Positions 17,706 through 27,267 of a stretch of 64,000 bases of DNA are shown piece after piece (the stretch's first letter is position 1; every line of letters starts with the position of its first letter). The DNA comes from an uncultured Gammaproteobacteria bacterium. GTDB lineage: Bacteria > Patescibacteriota > Patescibacteriia > Magasanikbacterales > GWA2-37-8. The position numbers and the translations under genes were made by a program. Location: contig CAZEDL010000007.1 in NCBI GenBank assembly GCA_964510885.1, forward strand, positions 13,999-77,998, written 5' to 3'. The notes under the pieces were generated by a model. The model saw only the letters and a program-made list of their open reading frames with translations, was not told the origin of the DNA and did not search any database.

Positions 17706-19421
17706 TTACATTTCCTCCACCGGTTCAATGGTTAGTACAGTCAGAGCATTAATCAGCACCTGGCGCACCGCCATAGCCAGAGCCAACCGAGCCCTAGTCA
17801 CTTCGTGATCTTTAGAAATAATATCATGCTTGGCGTATAAATCGTTAAATGCTTGCGCCAGATCAAACGAATACTTAACTACCGCTGAAGGATTATATGC
17901 CGCCAGCGCTTTCTGCAATACTTCTTGGTACGAAGCGATCAAAATAAACAATTTTTTATCTTCGAGTGTTTCAAACTGTCGTACATCAACGGGCGTATTG
18001 GCAGTATTAAGTCCGGCAGATTTTTTAAGCAAACTATTAATACGCGCTACCACATATAACACATACGGCGCACTATACCCCTCGACACTCACTGCCTGAG
18101 TAACATCAAAACTAATATTCTTCCCCGCCTCGTGCTGCAACATGGTGAATTTAAGCACAGCCTGCGTAAGCTTATTAGCAAGAATAGTCACCCGGGCCGG
18201 AGTCCAATCAGGGTGCCGGGCGGTATTATCTTGGCGCAGCCGCTCAGCAATATCATCGCGCAGTTCTTCGTATAAAATCACATTACCAAGACGCGATGAC
18301 ATTTTTCCATCACTCCGGTTTACCAGCCCATACCCGATATGCGTCATTTTTTTATGAAACCCATACCGATCGAGCACAGCGAACAGTTGTTTGAAATAAA
18401 AATTTTGCTCAATGCCGGTAATATTAATACTTTCACTCGCATCTACTCGTTTGAATTTTTCTTCGGCCAGAGCCAAATCAGCTGTCATATACAGCCCAGC
18501 CCCAGTTCCTTTGCGCAGTAGCGCCACATCAAGGCCAGCATCCTTAAGGTCAATAATCACTGCCCCCTTATCCCCTACCTCAGCAATGCCTTTAGCCAAT
18601 AGCTCATCTACAATCTGCTGTCCGCGGGCTTTTACTTCACTCTCTAAAAACAACACGGTATGCCGGGCACTAAGTTCGCTGTGGAGTTCATCAAATCCCT
18701 CGAGGCTCCAGCCTCGAGTGGTTTCAAACAGCGGCCAAATCTCCGGATCATGGGCTTCTAATTTTTTCTGCAGTTCGTCAAGCTCCGCCTTCGTCTCTTC
18801 CTCATGCTCTTTTATATAAATACTCGCTTCGGCATAAATCTGCCCCAGCCACTTTTGCGTATTCTCGGGCGGCGCTTCATTACCATGAAATTTCTTGAGA
18901 CCCCACAGGCACTTCACCACATGCGCGCCAAAATCATTAATATAATTTACCGGCGTAATGTCATAGCCAGCGGCGCGATATAGCTGTACCAGGGTATTAC
19001 CAATGCAAACATTGCGCAAATGGCCAATATGAAATTCTTTGTGCGTATTTTGTGAGGGATATTCAATCACCACTTTGTGGCCAGCTCCAAGCGGCCAATG
19101 GCCATAATCGGCCCCCCGACTCAGCACCTCAGCCAACACCAATTCTGCAACCTTCGGCAGGCGCAGATAAAAATTAACATACGGCCCAGACATCGAAAAA
19201 TCTTGCACCAAATTGTCGCTCTCAATCTCCACTTTTTCTAGCATATTAAGCACGCGCTGCGCCGCTTCGGCCGGCTTAACCCCCCACGCTTTAGCGAGTG
19301 AAAAACACGGCAAACAAAAATCGCCCATATCAGCATTCGGCGGCACCGATAATCCTTTTACATCTTCAACGCCCGCTTTTTTAAGTAAGGCTTCAATGTG
19401 TTGTTTAAATGTATCGAGCAT
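17706..19421 (-). CDS. argS: Arginine--tRNA ligase
   Basis: HIGHLRN, KMSSRLG, PYVLYVVARINS, C-terminal VEEM. Confidence 0.96.
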   Translation of the reverse strand: MLDTFKQHIEALLKKAGVEDVKGLSVPPNADMGDFCLPCFSLAKAWGVKPAEAAQRVLNMLEKVEIESDNLVQDFSMSGPYVNFYLRLPKVAELVLAEVLSRGADYGHWPLGAGHKVVIEYPSQNTHKEFHIGHLRNVCIGNTLVQLYRAAGYDITPVNYINDFGAHVVKCLWGLKKFHGNEAPPENTQKWLGQIYAEASIYIKEHEEETKAELDELQKKLEAHDPEIWPLFETTRGWSLEGFDELHSELSARHTVLFLESEVKARGQQIVDELLAKGIAEVGDKGAVIIDLKDAGLDVALLRKGTGAGLYMTADLALAEEKFKRVDASESINITGIEQNFYFKQLFAVLDRYGFHKKMTHIGYGLVNRSDGKMSSRLGNVILYEELRDDIAERLRQDNTARHPDWTPARVTILANKLTQAVLKFTMLQHEAGKNISFDVTQAVSVEGYSAPYVLYVVARINSLLKKSAGLNTANTPVDVRQFETLEDKKLFILIASYQEVLQKALAAYNPSAVVKYSFDLAQAFNDLYAKHDIISKDHEVTRARLALAMAVRQVLINALTVLTIEPVEEM

Positions 19422-19432
19422 ATAATACACGG

Positions 19433-19460
19433 TGTCATTCCCGCGCAGGCGGGAATCCAG
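19433..19460. repeat. REP-like palindrome (GTCATTCCCG..CGGGAATC family)
   Basis: TGTCATTCCCGCGCAGGCGGGAATCCAG between tyrS and argS. Confidence 0.8.
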
Positions 19461-19467
19461 TCGCTTA

Positions 19468-20649
19468 CTAAATAATTTTCACAAAAAACCGATTCCCCTT
19501 CTGCACCACATCTCCAGGTTTCACTACCGCTTCAATCGTTTCGACTTTATCATCATTGATCTTAACACCACCTTGAGTAATCACCTGCCGCGCTTCAGAT
19601 TTACTTTTTACCATCTTGCTTTCCACCAACACCGTAACAATATCCATTTTCGACGGCGACAGATTAGGGATAGAATCCGGCACTTCTTTTTGCTGAATCA
19701 CCTCGACAAATCGGGCTTCTCCAGCCTTAGCAGCCGCCTCACCCAAAAATTGCTTGGTAATTTCATAGGCCAAACGCAGTTTAGCATCCCGGGGATTTTT
19801 CGCGCTCGCAATCTCCTCAACCGCGTCCATCGGCACGCGGGTGCAGAGTTCAAACCCAGGCCGGATCATCCCGTCGCTCCAGCGCATCACTTTGCCAAAC
19901 ATATCTTCCGGAGTATCCGACAAGGCAATCATATTCCCTTCGCTCTTACCCATTTTCTTACCACTGTCGTCAGCCAATAATTTTCCAGTCAGAACAAATT
20001 TTTCCTTATGTTTCATTTCTTTCATCAACGCGCGGCCGGCGAGCATGTTAAATGTCTGGTCGTTGCCGCCAATCTCACCGTCCACATCCATCGCCACACT
20101 GTCATAACCCTGCATCAATGGATATAAAAATTCATGCAAAAAAATAGGCTTTTCTTCTGTCACTCTTTTTTCAAACATATCCCGCTCCAGCATCTGCTGC
20201 ACCGTAAAATGACTGGATAATTCCACCACATCTGCAAACGTCATCTTAGCGAGCCATTCACTGTTGAATTTAATCTCTGCGGGATTGCTACCGCCAAAAT
20301 CAAGCACCGCTTCGGCTTGCTGTTTATACGCCGCACAATTCTTAAGCACTTCGTCACGCGTTAATTTTTTGCGCGCCGCACCTTTGTCAGTCGGATCACC
20401 AATCATGCCGGTAAAATCACCGATGAGCACAATCACCTTATGCCCCAAATCCTGAAACTCGCGCAACTTTAAGAGTGTGATGCCATGCCCAATATGGAGC
20501 GTATCAGCCGTAGGATCATAGCCAGTGTATAACACGAGCTGTTTACCTTCGTTCAATCGCGCCATTAAAAATTCCTTTTTAGGATAAATATTTTCTACGC
20601 CACGCGTTAAGAGAGTTTCAATTTTTTGTGAATCGTGTGATACGGACAT
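19468..20649 (-). CDS. tyrS: Tyrosine--tRNA ligase
   Basis: GYDPTADTLHIGH, YPLMQGYD, GGNDQ, KMGKS, C-terminal S4 domain. Confidence 0.97.
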   Translation of the reverse strand: MSVSHDSQKIETLLTRGVENIYPKKEFLMARLNEGKQLVLYTGYDPTADTLHIGHGITLLKLREFQDLGHKVIVLIGDFTGMIGDPTDKGAARKKLTRDEVLKNCAAYKQQAEAVLDFGGSNPAEIKFNSEWLAKMTFADVVELSSHFTVQQMLERDMFEKRVTEEKPIFLHEFLYPLMQGYDSVAMDVDGEIGGNDQTFNMLAGRALMKEMKHKEKFVLTGKLLADDSGKKMGKSEGNMIALSDTPEDMFGKVMRWSDGMIRPGFELCTRVPMDAVEEIASAKNPRDAKLRLAYEITKQFLGEAAAKAGEARFVEVIQQKEVPDSIPNLSPSKMDIVTVLVESKMVKSKSEARQVITQGGVKINDDKVETIEAVVKPGDVVQKGNRFFVKII

Positions 20650-20656
20650 ATTGATA

Positions 20657-23413
20657 TTAAGATAAACGAGCAAGGTCAGCCTCGAGTGTCGCTAATTTTT
20701 GCTCCGCCTCCGCTAATTTTTTCTTTTCGCTGTCCACCAACTTCGCCGGCGCATGCGAAGTAAAATCCTCATTCGCCAGTTTAGCCTGTTGGGCAGCAAC
20801 ATACGGTTTTACTTTGGCAATCTCCTTACTAAGGCGCTCTTTTTCTTTGGCCTTATCAACCCCCTCGCTCACATTAGCAAATACCATCACATCACCTACC
20901 GCAAACCCCACCGCTCCGTCTGGTTTTATGATGTCAGATTCAATGGTAAGTGTAGCGATGCCGGTGCGTAAATTCTGTATCAGCGATTTTTCTTGAGACA
21001 AGAGAGCAATTTTTCCTTTGGCGCTGATAGATACACTTATTTTTCGCGCCGGTTCCACTTTATATTCAGCGCGCAAAGCGCGTACTGACACCACAATATC
21101 ACGAATCAAATTAAAATCATCCAAAACCGCGGCATCTTGTTTCAGCTGCTCCAGAGCCGGCCATTTTTGAACTATTAACAACTGATCAGTGCCATACACT
21201 TCACTCCAAATCGCTTCGGTCACAAACGGCATGAACGGATGCCACAACTTCAAAATACTGTTGAGGGCATAATTCAGAATATCTGATTTATCACCTTCGA
21301 TTTTGGCGATCTCTAAATACCAATCCGCGAGCTGATCCCAAGTAAACGTACGCAAGAGCTCTCCCGCTGCCGAAAACTGATACTGATCAAGCGAAGTGCT
21401 CACGAGTTTCACCGTATCACTGAGCTGGCTCAAAAACCAACGGTCACTCAAGGTTTTAGCCGTCGGCTCGGCTATATCCGCCTTAGGATTATCAATCGTC
21501 AGCAGCATAAACCGGCAGATATTCCACAGCTTATTGGTAAAATTCCGGAACCCGGCAATCTTCTCTTCCGACAACTTAAGATCATTCCCCGGCCCGTTAC
21601 CAATGAGCAGCGACAACCGCGTGGCATCCGCCCCAAACTTCGCAATCATGTCGAGCGGATCGATAATGTTATCAAGCGTCTTACTCATCTTCCGCCCCTG
21701 TTCATCACGCACTAGCCCGTGCAAATACACCGTCTTAAAAGGCACATCCCCAATCGCATACGTAGTCATGAGTATCATACGCGCCACCCAGAAGAAAATA
21801 ATATCATAACCAGTCTCAAGCACACTGGTCGGATGAAACCGCGCAAAATCGGGTGAATTTTTCAACCACTCTTCGAGAGAAGAATAATTTTCAAAGCTAT
21901 CTTTAGATAATAAAGTAGAAAAAGTCCACAAGCCAGACGAAAACCAGGTATCAAGTGTATCGGGATCTTGCTCCAGAGCATTCCCACACTGCGGGCAAAC
22001 AACAATTTCATCAACAGACACAAGCGGCTGCGCACATTTCGGATTTCCCTGTTTACAGTAGTAAACAGGAATCTGATGCCCAAACCAAATCTGGCGACTG
22101 ATGCACCAATCGCGTAAATTATCTATCCAATGAAAATACGTTTTCTCAAATCGATCCGGAATAATCTTAATCTGCTCATTACGCACCACCGTCTGCATCA
22201 ACTCTTTCAGACTTACCATCTGCCCGTCTGTAACCCCCTTAATTCTTAGGTCTTTATTCTTAAATTCAAACGGTTTATTCACATCCACAAACCACTGCAC
22301 CTTCGGCAGCGGCTCCACCACATCTTTGAACCGATCAGACGTCCCCACATTCTGAGCAATATCTTCTTCTTTGATTAATAGATCCTGATCTTTCAGATAC
22401 GCCACAAATTTCTGCTGCGCTTCTTTAATCGTGAGCCTGGCATAGGCTGCTCCGCCACTGCGCATCATCTTGCCGTCTTCACCAATCACCTGAATCAGGC
22501 CGATCGGATCCGCCGCCAATCTACAGCGCTCATACATGTCAAAGTCAACCATGCTGTGTGCTGGCGTCACCCCAAGCGCACCGGTGCCAAAACTATCATC
22601 CACCCCGGCGTCCCCAATCACTTTTATAGTCAGCGTGTGGCCGGCCTGTCCCACATTGTTCACCGTAAACACCTGACCAATATACTGCTTCCACTTTCCT
22701 TCCGGATGCACAGCTACCGCGGTATCGCCGAGCTTGGTTTCGGGGCGGGTGGTAGCAATCGGAATCGGAAACTCATGGCTATATTTAAACGTATACAATT
22801 TCGCGGGCCGCTCCACATGCACCAATTCATCATCACTACAGGTTGATTGCCCTTTCACCGACCAATTCACCACCCGATAGCCTCGGTAAATGAGCCCGTC
22901 ATCATACATTTTTTTAAACACGAGTCGCACCGCCCGGCTGCGCACGGCATCAAGCGTATATGCTTCGCGGCTCCAATCAAGCGATGCGCCCATGCGTTTG
23001 CATTGATTCACGATCGTATCATGACTGTCTTTGGCAAATTGATTGACGCGTTCTAAAAATGCATCACGCCCTAATTCTTCCTTGGGCTTCGTGAAACCCT
23101 CATTTTTTATCAGTAGTGCTTCCACTTTTGATTCGGTAGCTATGGCCGCATGATCCGTCCCCGGCACCCAAAGCGCAGCTTCACCCTTCATCCGATGATA
23201 ACGAGCCAGCACATCTTCGATCGCCAGCATGGCTGCATGACCCATATGAAGCGTACCCGTTACATTTGGGGGCGGCAGCACCATGGAAAAATAAGAGGTT
23301 ACATTATCTTGCGCCGAATTATTTTGCGGTCCGAAAAAACCGCTCTGCTCGGAACGTTCATATACCTTGTTTTCATATTGTTTTGGGTCGTAGGCCTTTG
23401 GGAGCTCTTTCAT
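20657..23413 (-). CDS. valS: Valine--tRNA ligase
   Basis: PPPNVTGTLHMGH, DWCISRQIWFGH, DTWFSS, KMSKT, C-terminal coiled coil. Confidence 0.98.
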   Translation of the reverse strand: MKELPKAYDPKQYENKVYERSEQSGFFGPQNNSAQDNVTSYFSMVLPPPNVTGTLHMGHAAMLAIEDVLARYHRMKGEAALWVPGTDHAAIATESKVEALLIKNEGFTKPKEELGRDAFLERVNQFAKDSHDTIVNQCKRMGASLDWSREAYTLDAVRSRAVRLVFKKMYDDGLIYRGYRVVNWSVKGQSTCSDDELVHVERPAKLYTFKYSHEFPIPIATTRPETKLGDTAVAVHPEGKWKQYIGQVFTVNNVGQAGHTLTIKVIGDAGVDDSFGTGALGVTPAHSMVDFDMYERCRLAADPIGLIQVIGEDGKMMRSGGAAYARLTIKEAQQKFVAYLKDQDLLIKEEDIAQNVGTSDRFKDVVEPLPKVQWFVDVNKPFEFKNKDLRIKGVTDGQMVSLKELMQTVVRNEQIKIIPDRFEKTYFHWIDNLRDWCISRQIWFGHQIPVYYCKQGNPKCAQPLVSVDEIVVCPQCGNALEQDPDTLDTWFSSGLWTFSTLLSKDSFENYSSLEEWLKNSPDFARFHPTSVLETGYDIIFFWVARMILMTTYAIGDVPFKTVYLHGLVRDEQGRKMSKTLDNIIDPLDMIAKFGADATRLSLLIGNGPGNDLKLSEEKIAGFRNFTNKLWNICRFMLLTIDNPKADIAEPTAKTLSDRWFLSQLSDTVKLVSTSLDQYQFSAAGELLRTFTWDQLADWYLEIAKIEGDKSDILNYALNSILKLWHPFMPFVTEAIWSEVYGTDQLLIVQKWPALEQLKQDAAVLDDFNLIRDIVVSVRALRAEYKVEPARKISVSISAKGKIALLSQEKSLIQNLRTGIATLTIESDIIKPDGAVGFAVGDVMVFANVSEGVDKAKEKERLSKEIAKVKPYVAAQQAKLANEDFTSHAPAKLVDSEKKKLAEAEQKLATLEADLARLS

Positions 23414-23414
23414 A

Positions 23415-23699
23415 TCAATTCTTTGGGGTAGACTTAGGCCGGACAGTCGCAGACTCCAGCTCAGCTAAATCTGATTCAAGATTGGGAAATATCAATGCCA
23501 ACGCAATACCAGGGTGATCTTTTTTAAACTCTTTTATTGATTTTTTTAACAGTTGTAAGTAACCAGCAAGCATATGCGGTTCACTGCCAATAGCCAGCCT
23601 CGCAGCTTCAAAACTCGCATTGATTTGAGCTATATCTTGCTGAACTTCAGAGGAAAAATCAATTACTTCGATCGATGAGCCACCGGTTGCTTCTAACAT
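23415..23699 (-). CDS. Hypothetical protein
   Basis: 94-aa ORF ending 1 nt before the valS start. Confidence 0.6.
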   Translation of the reverse strand: MLEATGGSSIEVIDFSSEVQQDIAQINASFEAARLAIGSEPHMLAGYLQLLKKSIKEFKKDHPGIALALIFPNLESDLAELESATVRPKSTPKN

Positions 23700-23766
23700 A
23701 GGTTAAATACGATAAAATATTTCAATATAGTACTAAACCAAGCCAAAAAGAGCAAGCCAAAAATGA

Positions 23767-23834
23767 TTGACACAAATTAAAAAATATGCTATAGTGCTTA
23801 GTTGCTATTATGTCTAAATTAGAATTTAGACATA
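23767..23834 (+). promoter_or_regulatory. Sigma70 promoter followed by a 12-bp-arm palindrome
   Basis: TTGACA-17 nt-TATAGT (23767-23795); TATGTCTAAATT-AG-AATTTAGACATA (23809-23834). Confidence 0.7.
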
Positions 23835-24027
23835 AAATAGTAATTAAATAATAGTTATATTTAAGGCAAATTAAGGTTTGTACCTTAACAATTCAGTTGG
23901 CTAAATACCAATAACTTAAAAATGTACGCGCAGACTAAAGAATTAAAATTCTAATTTTTTGATCTGCGCGTATCAACGCGTAAACAATTAACAAGGCCTG
24001 TCCAGGCTGTAGAAAAGGAGGCATATC

Positions 24028-25242
24028 GTGCCAAAACCGTACGACGAGAAACTGCAAAAGTTCAGAACCACACAGGAGGCGGATATCCGCCAAGGAAGGC
24101 TCATACGGCTCATTCCTCAGAAGGAGGAGCGCATCAAAACAACGCTCCAAGACCTCAGGAACCAGAGTGATCGCCGGGTCGCTATCCTGGCAGGTAAGCT
24201 CCTGGCAGAGCGAACCGCCCTCTCAACCCAAGACGCCCAGTTTGAGGCTGTGAAACTCGTGGGGGAGGAGATCTGGGCCGAAGGCGAAGAGGCCAAGGCC
24301 GAGGCGGAGAGGTGGCTCCAGGGCCAGCTCACCACCCCTCTTAACGTCCACGAAACAGCAGAGCTGACACGTCGAAGCAGAGAAGAGGAAGAGCGTCTGG
24401 AGGCCATTTACCAGGCCGAGATCTCGGCCGAACAGGCCCGCCTCGCCGAGGAGCCACCAAGCCGGACCACGGTGCCGGAGCGCACAATGGATCCGACCAT
24501 GTTCCACGGCAGGGCTCTCCCGGTCCTCGAGACGGACGATATGGAGGAGGCGGGCCCGGCTCCAACCGCGCTGGACACCCTTCCCCCGCAGGAAAGAGAG
24601 CTGGCCTCGGTCATTGTGGACCAGGCTGGGATCGAATCCCGGGTCCACCCCCTCAGCCCGCACCGTCCTCCAACGACGGCGCACCGGATGATCGGGGAAG
24701 CGCCCCACCCCGCCAACCAGACTCCCATCGAGCCACTGGCGGCCACACCCAGGCGTGCGGCCACCCAGAACGAGGTCGATACCCTGGTGCGACGAGGCCC
24801 CGCTCCCAAGGAGCGATGGCACCTGAACGATAAGCAAAAATCCGTGCTATGGGTTTTGATCTTGGTGGGAGTGCTGGTGGGTGGAGGAGGATGCCTTGCG
24901 TGGCTTGTCAACAAGCTATCCACCTCGGAGCGTCCCGCCGCCGCCCGGGTGCTGAACCAAACCGCTCCCGAAATCACGCCCGCCATGCAGCGGGCGATCG
25001 ACAAGGCGGTGGCCACTGAGGTCGCCGCCAAGACAGCGGAGTGGGAGAAGAGATTCACCCTGCGCAGCGAGGTCCGCGCGCTCATCATGAGCGAGGTGAG
25101 CACCCAGCTCCCCCCGGAGCAGCCAGCGCCCCCGCGCCCCCGGCCGCTGCGCCCCCGGCCGCTGCCCGACTTCGACAAGGGCCGCCAGCCTGACAGGCCC
25201 GGCCTCCGGTACCCGTTTACCACCACGAGGCCACGCCGCTAA
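24028..25242 (+). CDS. GC-rich orphan single-pass membrane protein (coiled-coil N-terminus, Pro-rich regions)
   Basis: AAGGAGG SD before the GTG; 404 aa; TM segment VLWVLILVGVLVGGGGCLAWLV; strong G/C third-position bias. Confidence 0.75.
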   Translation: MPKPYDEKLQKFRTTQEADIRQGRLIRLIPQKEERIKTTLQDLRNQSDRRVAILAGKLLAERTALSTQDAQFEAVKLVGEEIWAEGEEAKAEAERWLQGQLTTPLNVHETAELTRRSREEEERLEAIYQAEISAEQARLAEEPPSRTTVPERTMDPTMFHGRALPVLETDDMEEAGPAPTALDTLPPQERELASVIVDQAGIESRVHPLSPHRPPTTAHRMIGEAPHPANQTPIEPLAATPRRAATQNEVDTLVRRGPAPKERWHLNDKQKSVLWVLILVGVLVGGGGCLAWLVNKLSTSERPAAARVLNQTAPEITPAMQRAIDKAVATEVAAKTAEWEKRFTLRSEVRALIMSEVSTQLPPEQPAPPRPRPLRPRPLPDFDKGRQPDRPGLRYPFTTTRPRR

Positions 25243-25311
25243 CCACGACCAACCCACCCCCCCACACCGCTCCGATCTAATCGGAGCCCAGCCTATCGGG
25301 GTGGAACGACT

Positions 25312-25395
25312 AATCCAGGCCAGCCAGCGTCCACCCCTCCTGACCGATCGAGTCTCTCGATAGTTCAGGAGGACGCTCGCTGCCTGGATTTTTTG
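25312..25395 (+). terminator. Long hairpin with U-tail downstream of the orphan gene
   Basis: AATCCAGGC..CTCCTGA..ATCGAG-TCT-CTCGAT..TCAGGAG..GCCTGGATTTTTT nested pairing. Confidence 0.65.
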
Positions 25396-25427
25396 TTTTC
25401 TAAACATGATAATAAAAGGGGTTACTC

Positions 25428-25582
25428 CATTCGCACGAGCTCATTCGGAATGACAAATAAAGAGTAAAGTGACCAGATTCGCGCCTGCGCGGGAATGACA
25501 ATTGGCCGGACAGAGATTCCTCACATTCGTTCGGAATGACAAGTGTTTGGACAGAGATCCTTCGCTCCGCTCAGGATGACAA
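25428..25582. repeat. Tandem array of four REP-like half-units ending GGA(A)TGACAA
   Basis: Unit ends at 25456, 25501, 25542 and 25582 (40-45 nt period). Confidence 0.75.
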
Positions 25583-25911
25583 TTGAAAATAACAAAAAAC
25601 ACAAAAAAAATACTTCAATCACTACAACGCTCACCACCCCGCACCATTGCGCAGCTGAGGCCATCTGGCCCCGGTGAACAGAAGCGGCCGGCAGAGCAGG
25701 CGCTGCTGTTTGAGGCCCAACGGGCCGAGTTCAGGGCCCGAGCTTCGACGCGCCGTTGGCAGCGGCCGAGTGAAGCACCGGTTCGGTGGTTTTTTGGGCC
25801 TGTCCTCCGGATGAGGATACTTTTTTGCCATCAAAAAAGTAACATACCACTCACCAAAAGGTGGTTTACGGTCGGAGACAAAAAGTCACACACCGTCACA
25901 AAACACCAAAG

Positions 25912-25940
25912 TTGACACGATAATAATCACCTGTTATAAT
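25912..25940 (+). promoter_or_regulatory. Consensus sigma70 promoter
   Basis: TTGACA-17 nt-TATAAT upstream of the DHH-family gene. Confidence 0.85.
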
Positions 25941-25996
25941 CACGCGTTCTTGCTAAAATAAGCCTAAGAACCCTGCCTTCATAGGCATGAAATCCT

Positions 25997-27157
25997 ATGG
26001 CCCTGACTCCCTCCGAACAATTCAACCATCTGATCGGGCAGAGCCAGCAGATCCTGATTGTTTTCAGCCCCGGAACTGCCCTCGATGCGATCGCGAGCAG
26101 CCTCGCTCTCAAGCGCTGGCTGGAGAAAAAAAACAAGCGGGCCGATGTGGCCGCCGCTGGTTTTGTGTTGCCTAAAAATGCCCGCTTCCTGCCCGGCAGC
26201 AGCGACATCAAACCCCTACTTCAAGAATTACAAAAATTCATTATCAAAATTGATGTCTCGAATGCCCCGCTTGAAACCTTAAGCTACGATGTGAGCGGCA
26301 ATACCCTATCGATTTATCTCACTCCAAAGAGCGGCCTGCTCAGCAAAAACGAACTGCGCACGGCGCAATCAACCTTTAAATACGATTTAATAATTACCCT
26401 TAACACACCCGACCTGGCCGCACTCGGCACCGTTTTTTCTGCCAACCCCGATTTATTTTACCGCACCCCGCTCGTAAATATCGATTACCACGCCACCAAT
26501 GAACATTACGGCCAGGTAAATCTGGTAGACATCACCGCCACTTCGGTAGCCGAAACTCTGACGCATGTACTGAAACAAATCGATGAAGCGGCTTGCGATA
26601 CCGGCGTAGCCACCGCCCTCTTGACCGGCATGGTGGCCGCCACGCACAGTTTCAAAAATGCCAACGTCACGCCGCAAGCCCTGCAACTCGCCAGCAATCT
26701 GATCAAGCAAGGCGCGGAACGTGAAACCGTAATCCACCACCTCTATCATGCCCATTCGCTCACCACACTCAAGCTCTGGGGCCATGCCCTGACGCATTTA
26801 CAAAATGATGGCGAAACCGGCCTCGTCTGGGCCAGCCTGACCCGCGATGATTTCGTCCGCTCCGGAGCCAGTGAACAGGACCTATATGGCATCATTGAAG
26901 AACTAATCAACAATTCTCCCGAAGCCAAAGTAACGGCTTTATTTTACGAATCCACTCTCCCCAACTCTAACACTATTCATTGTCTCGTTAGCAGCGGCAA
27001 ACATGCTAATGCCAGCGAACTCCTTAAATCATTCAACCCAACCGGAGATAAAAAACAAGCCAGCATTGTGCTGACGGAAAAAACTTTGAAAGAAGCGGAA
27101 ACTATAGTGCTCTCTGTCATTAAAAACAACCTAAATAATAAATTGGGTTCCACTTAA
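25997..27157 (+). CDS. DHH-family (NrnA-like) phosphoesterase with degenerate motifs
   Basis: DAIASSLAL, DLIITL, NIDYH, ATALLTGM..T.SF, LKLWG.AL. Confidence 0.8.
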   Translation: MALTPSEQFNHLIGQSQQILIVFSPGTALDAIASSLALKRWLEKKNKRADVAAAGFVLPKNARFLPGSSDIKPLLQELQKFIIKIDVSNAPLETLSYDVSGNTLSIYLTPKSGLLSKNELRTAQSTFKYDLIITLNTPDLAALGTVFSANPDLFYRTPLVNIDYHATNEHYGQVNLVDITATSVAETLTHVLKQIDEAACDTGVATALLTGMVAATHSFKNANVTPQALQLASNLIKQGAERETVIHHLYHAHSLTTLKLWGHALTHLQNDGETGLVWASLTRDDFVRSGASEQDLYGIIEELINNSPEAKVTALFYESTLPNSNTIHCLVSSGKHANASELLKSFNPTGDKKQASIVLTEKTLKEAETIVLSVIKNNLNNKLGST

Positions 27158-27182
27158 TCAATTCACTCTAAAAAAAATAAAA

Positions 27183-27257
27183 GAATCTGGAATTTCGAAT
27201 TTGAATCTAGCACGAAACAGCCAGACACATACATTCTAAATTCCAGATTCCAAATTC
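27183..27257. repeat. Inverted heptamer-array hairpin (GAATYTR / ATTCYAR)
   Basis: gaatctg gaatttc gaatttg aatctag ... attctaa attccag attccaa attc. Confidence 0.8.
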
Positions 27258-27267
27258 TTCACGCCAA

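Noticed and set aside
23767-25395. Integron cassette origin of the GC-rich inserts
   Set aside because: No RYYYAAC/GTTRRRY-bounded attC site and no integrase; the genes have their own promoters
24117-25407. Long minus-strand ORFs (96-272 aa) over the orphan gene
   Set aside because: Shadow ORFs caused by high GC; SD, promoter and codon bias support the + strand frame
25428-25582. Possible CRISPR array
   Set aside because: The shared part is only about 10 nt, the 40-45 nt period is too short, the units match dispersed REP-like palindromes and no cas genes are present
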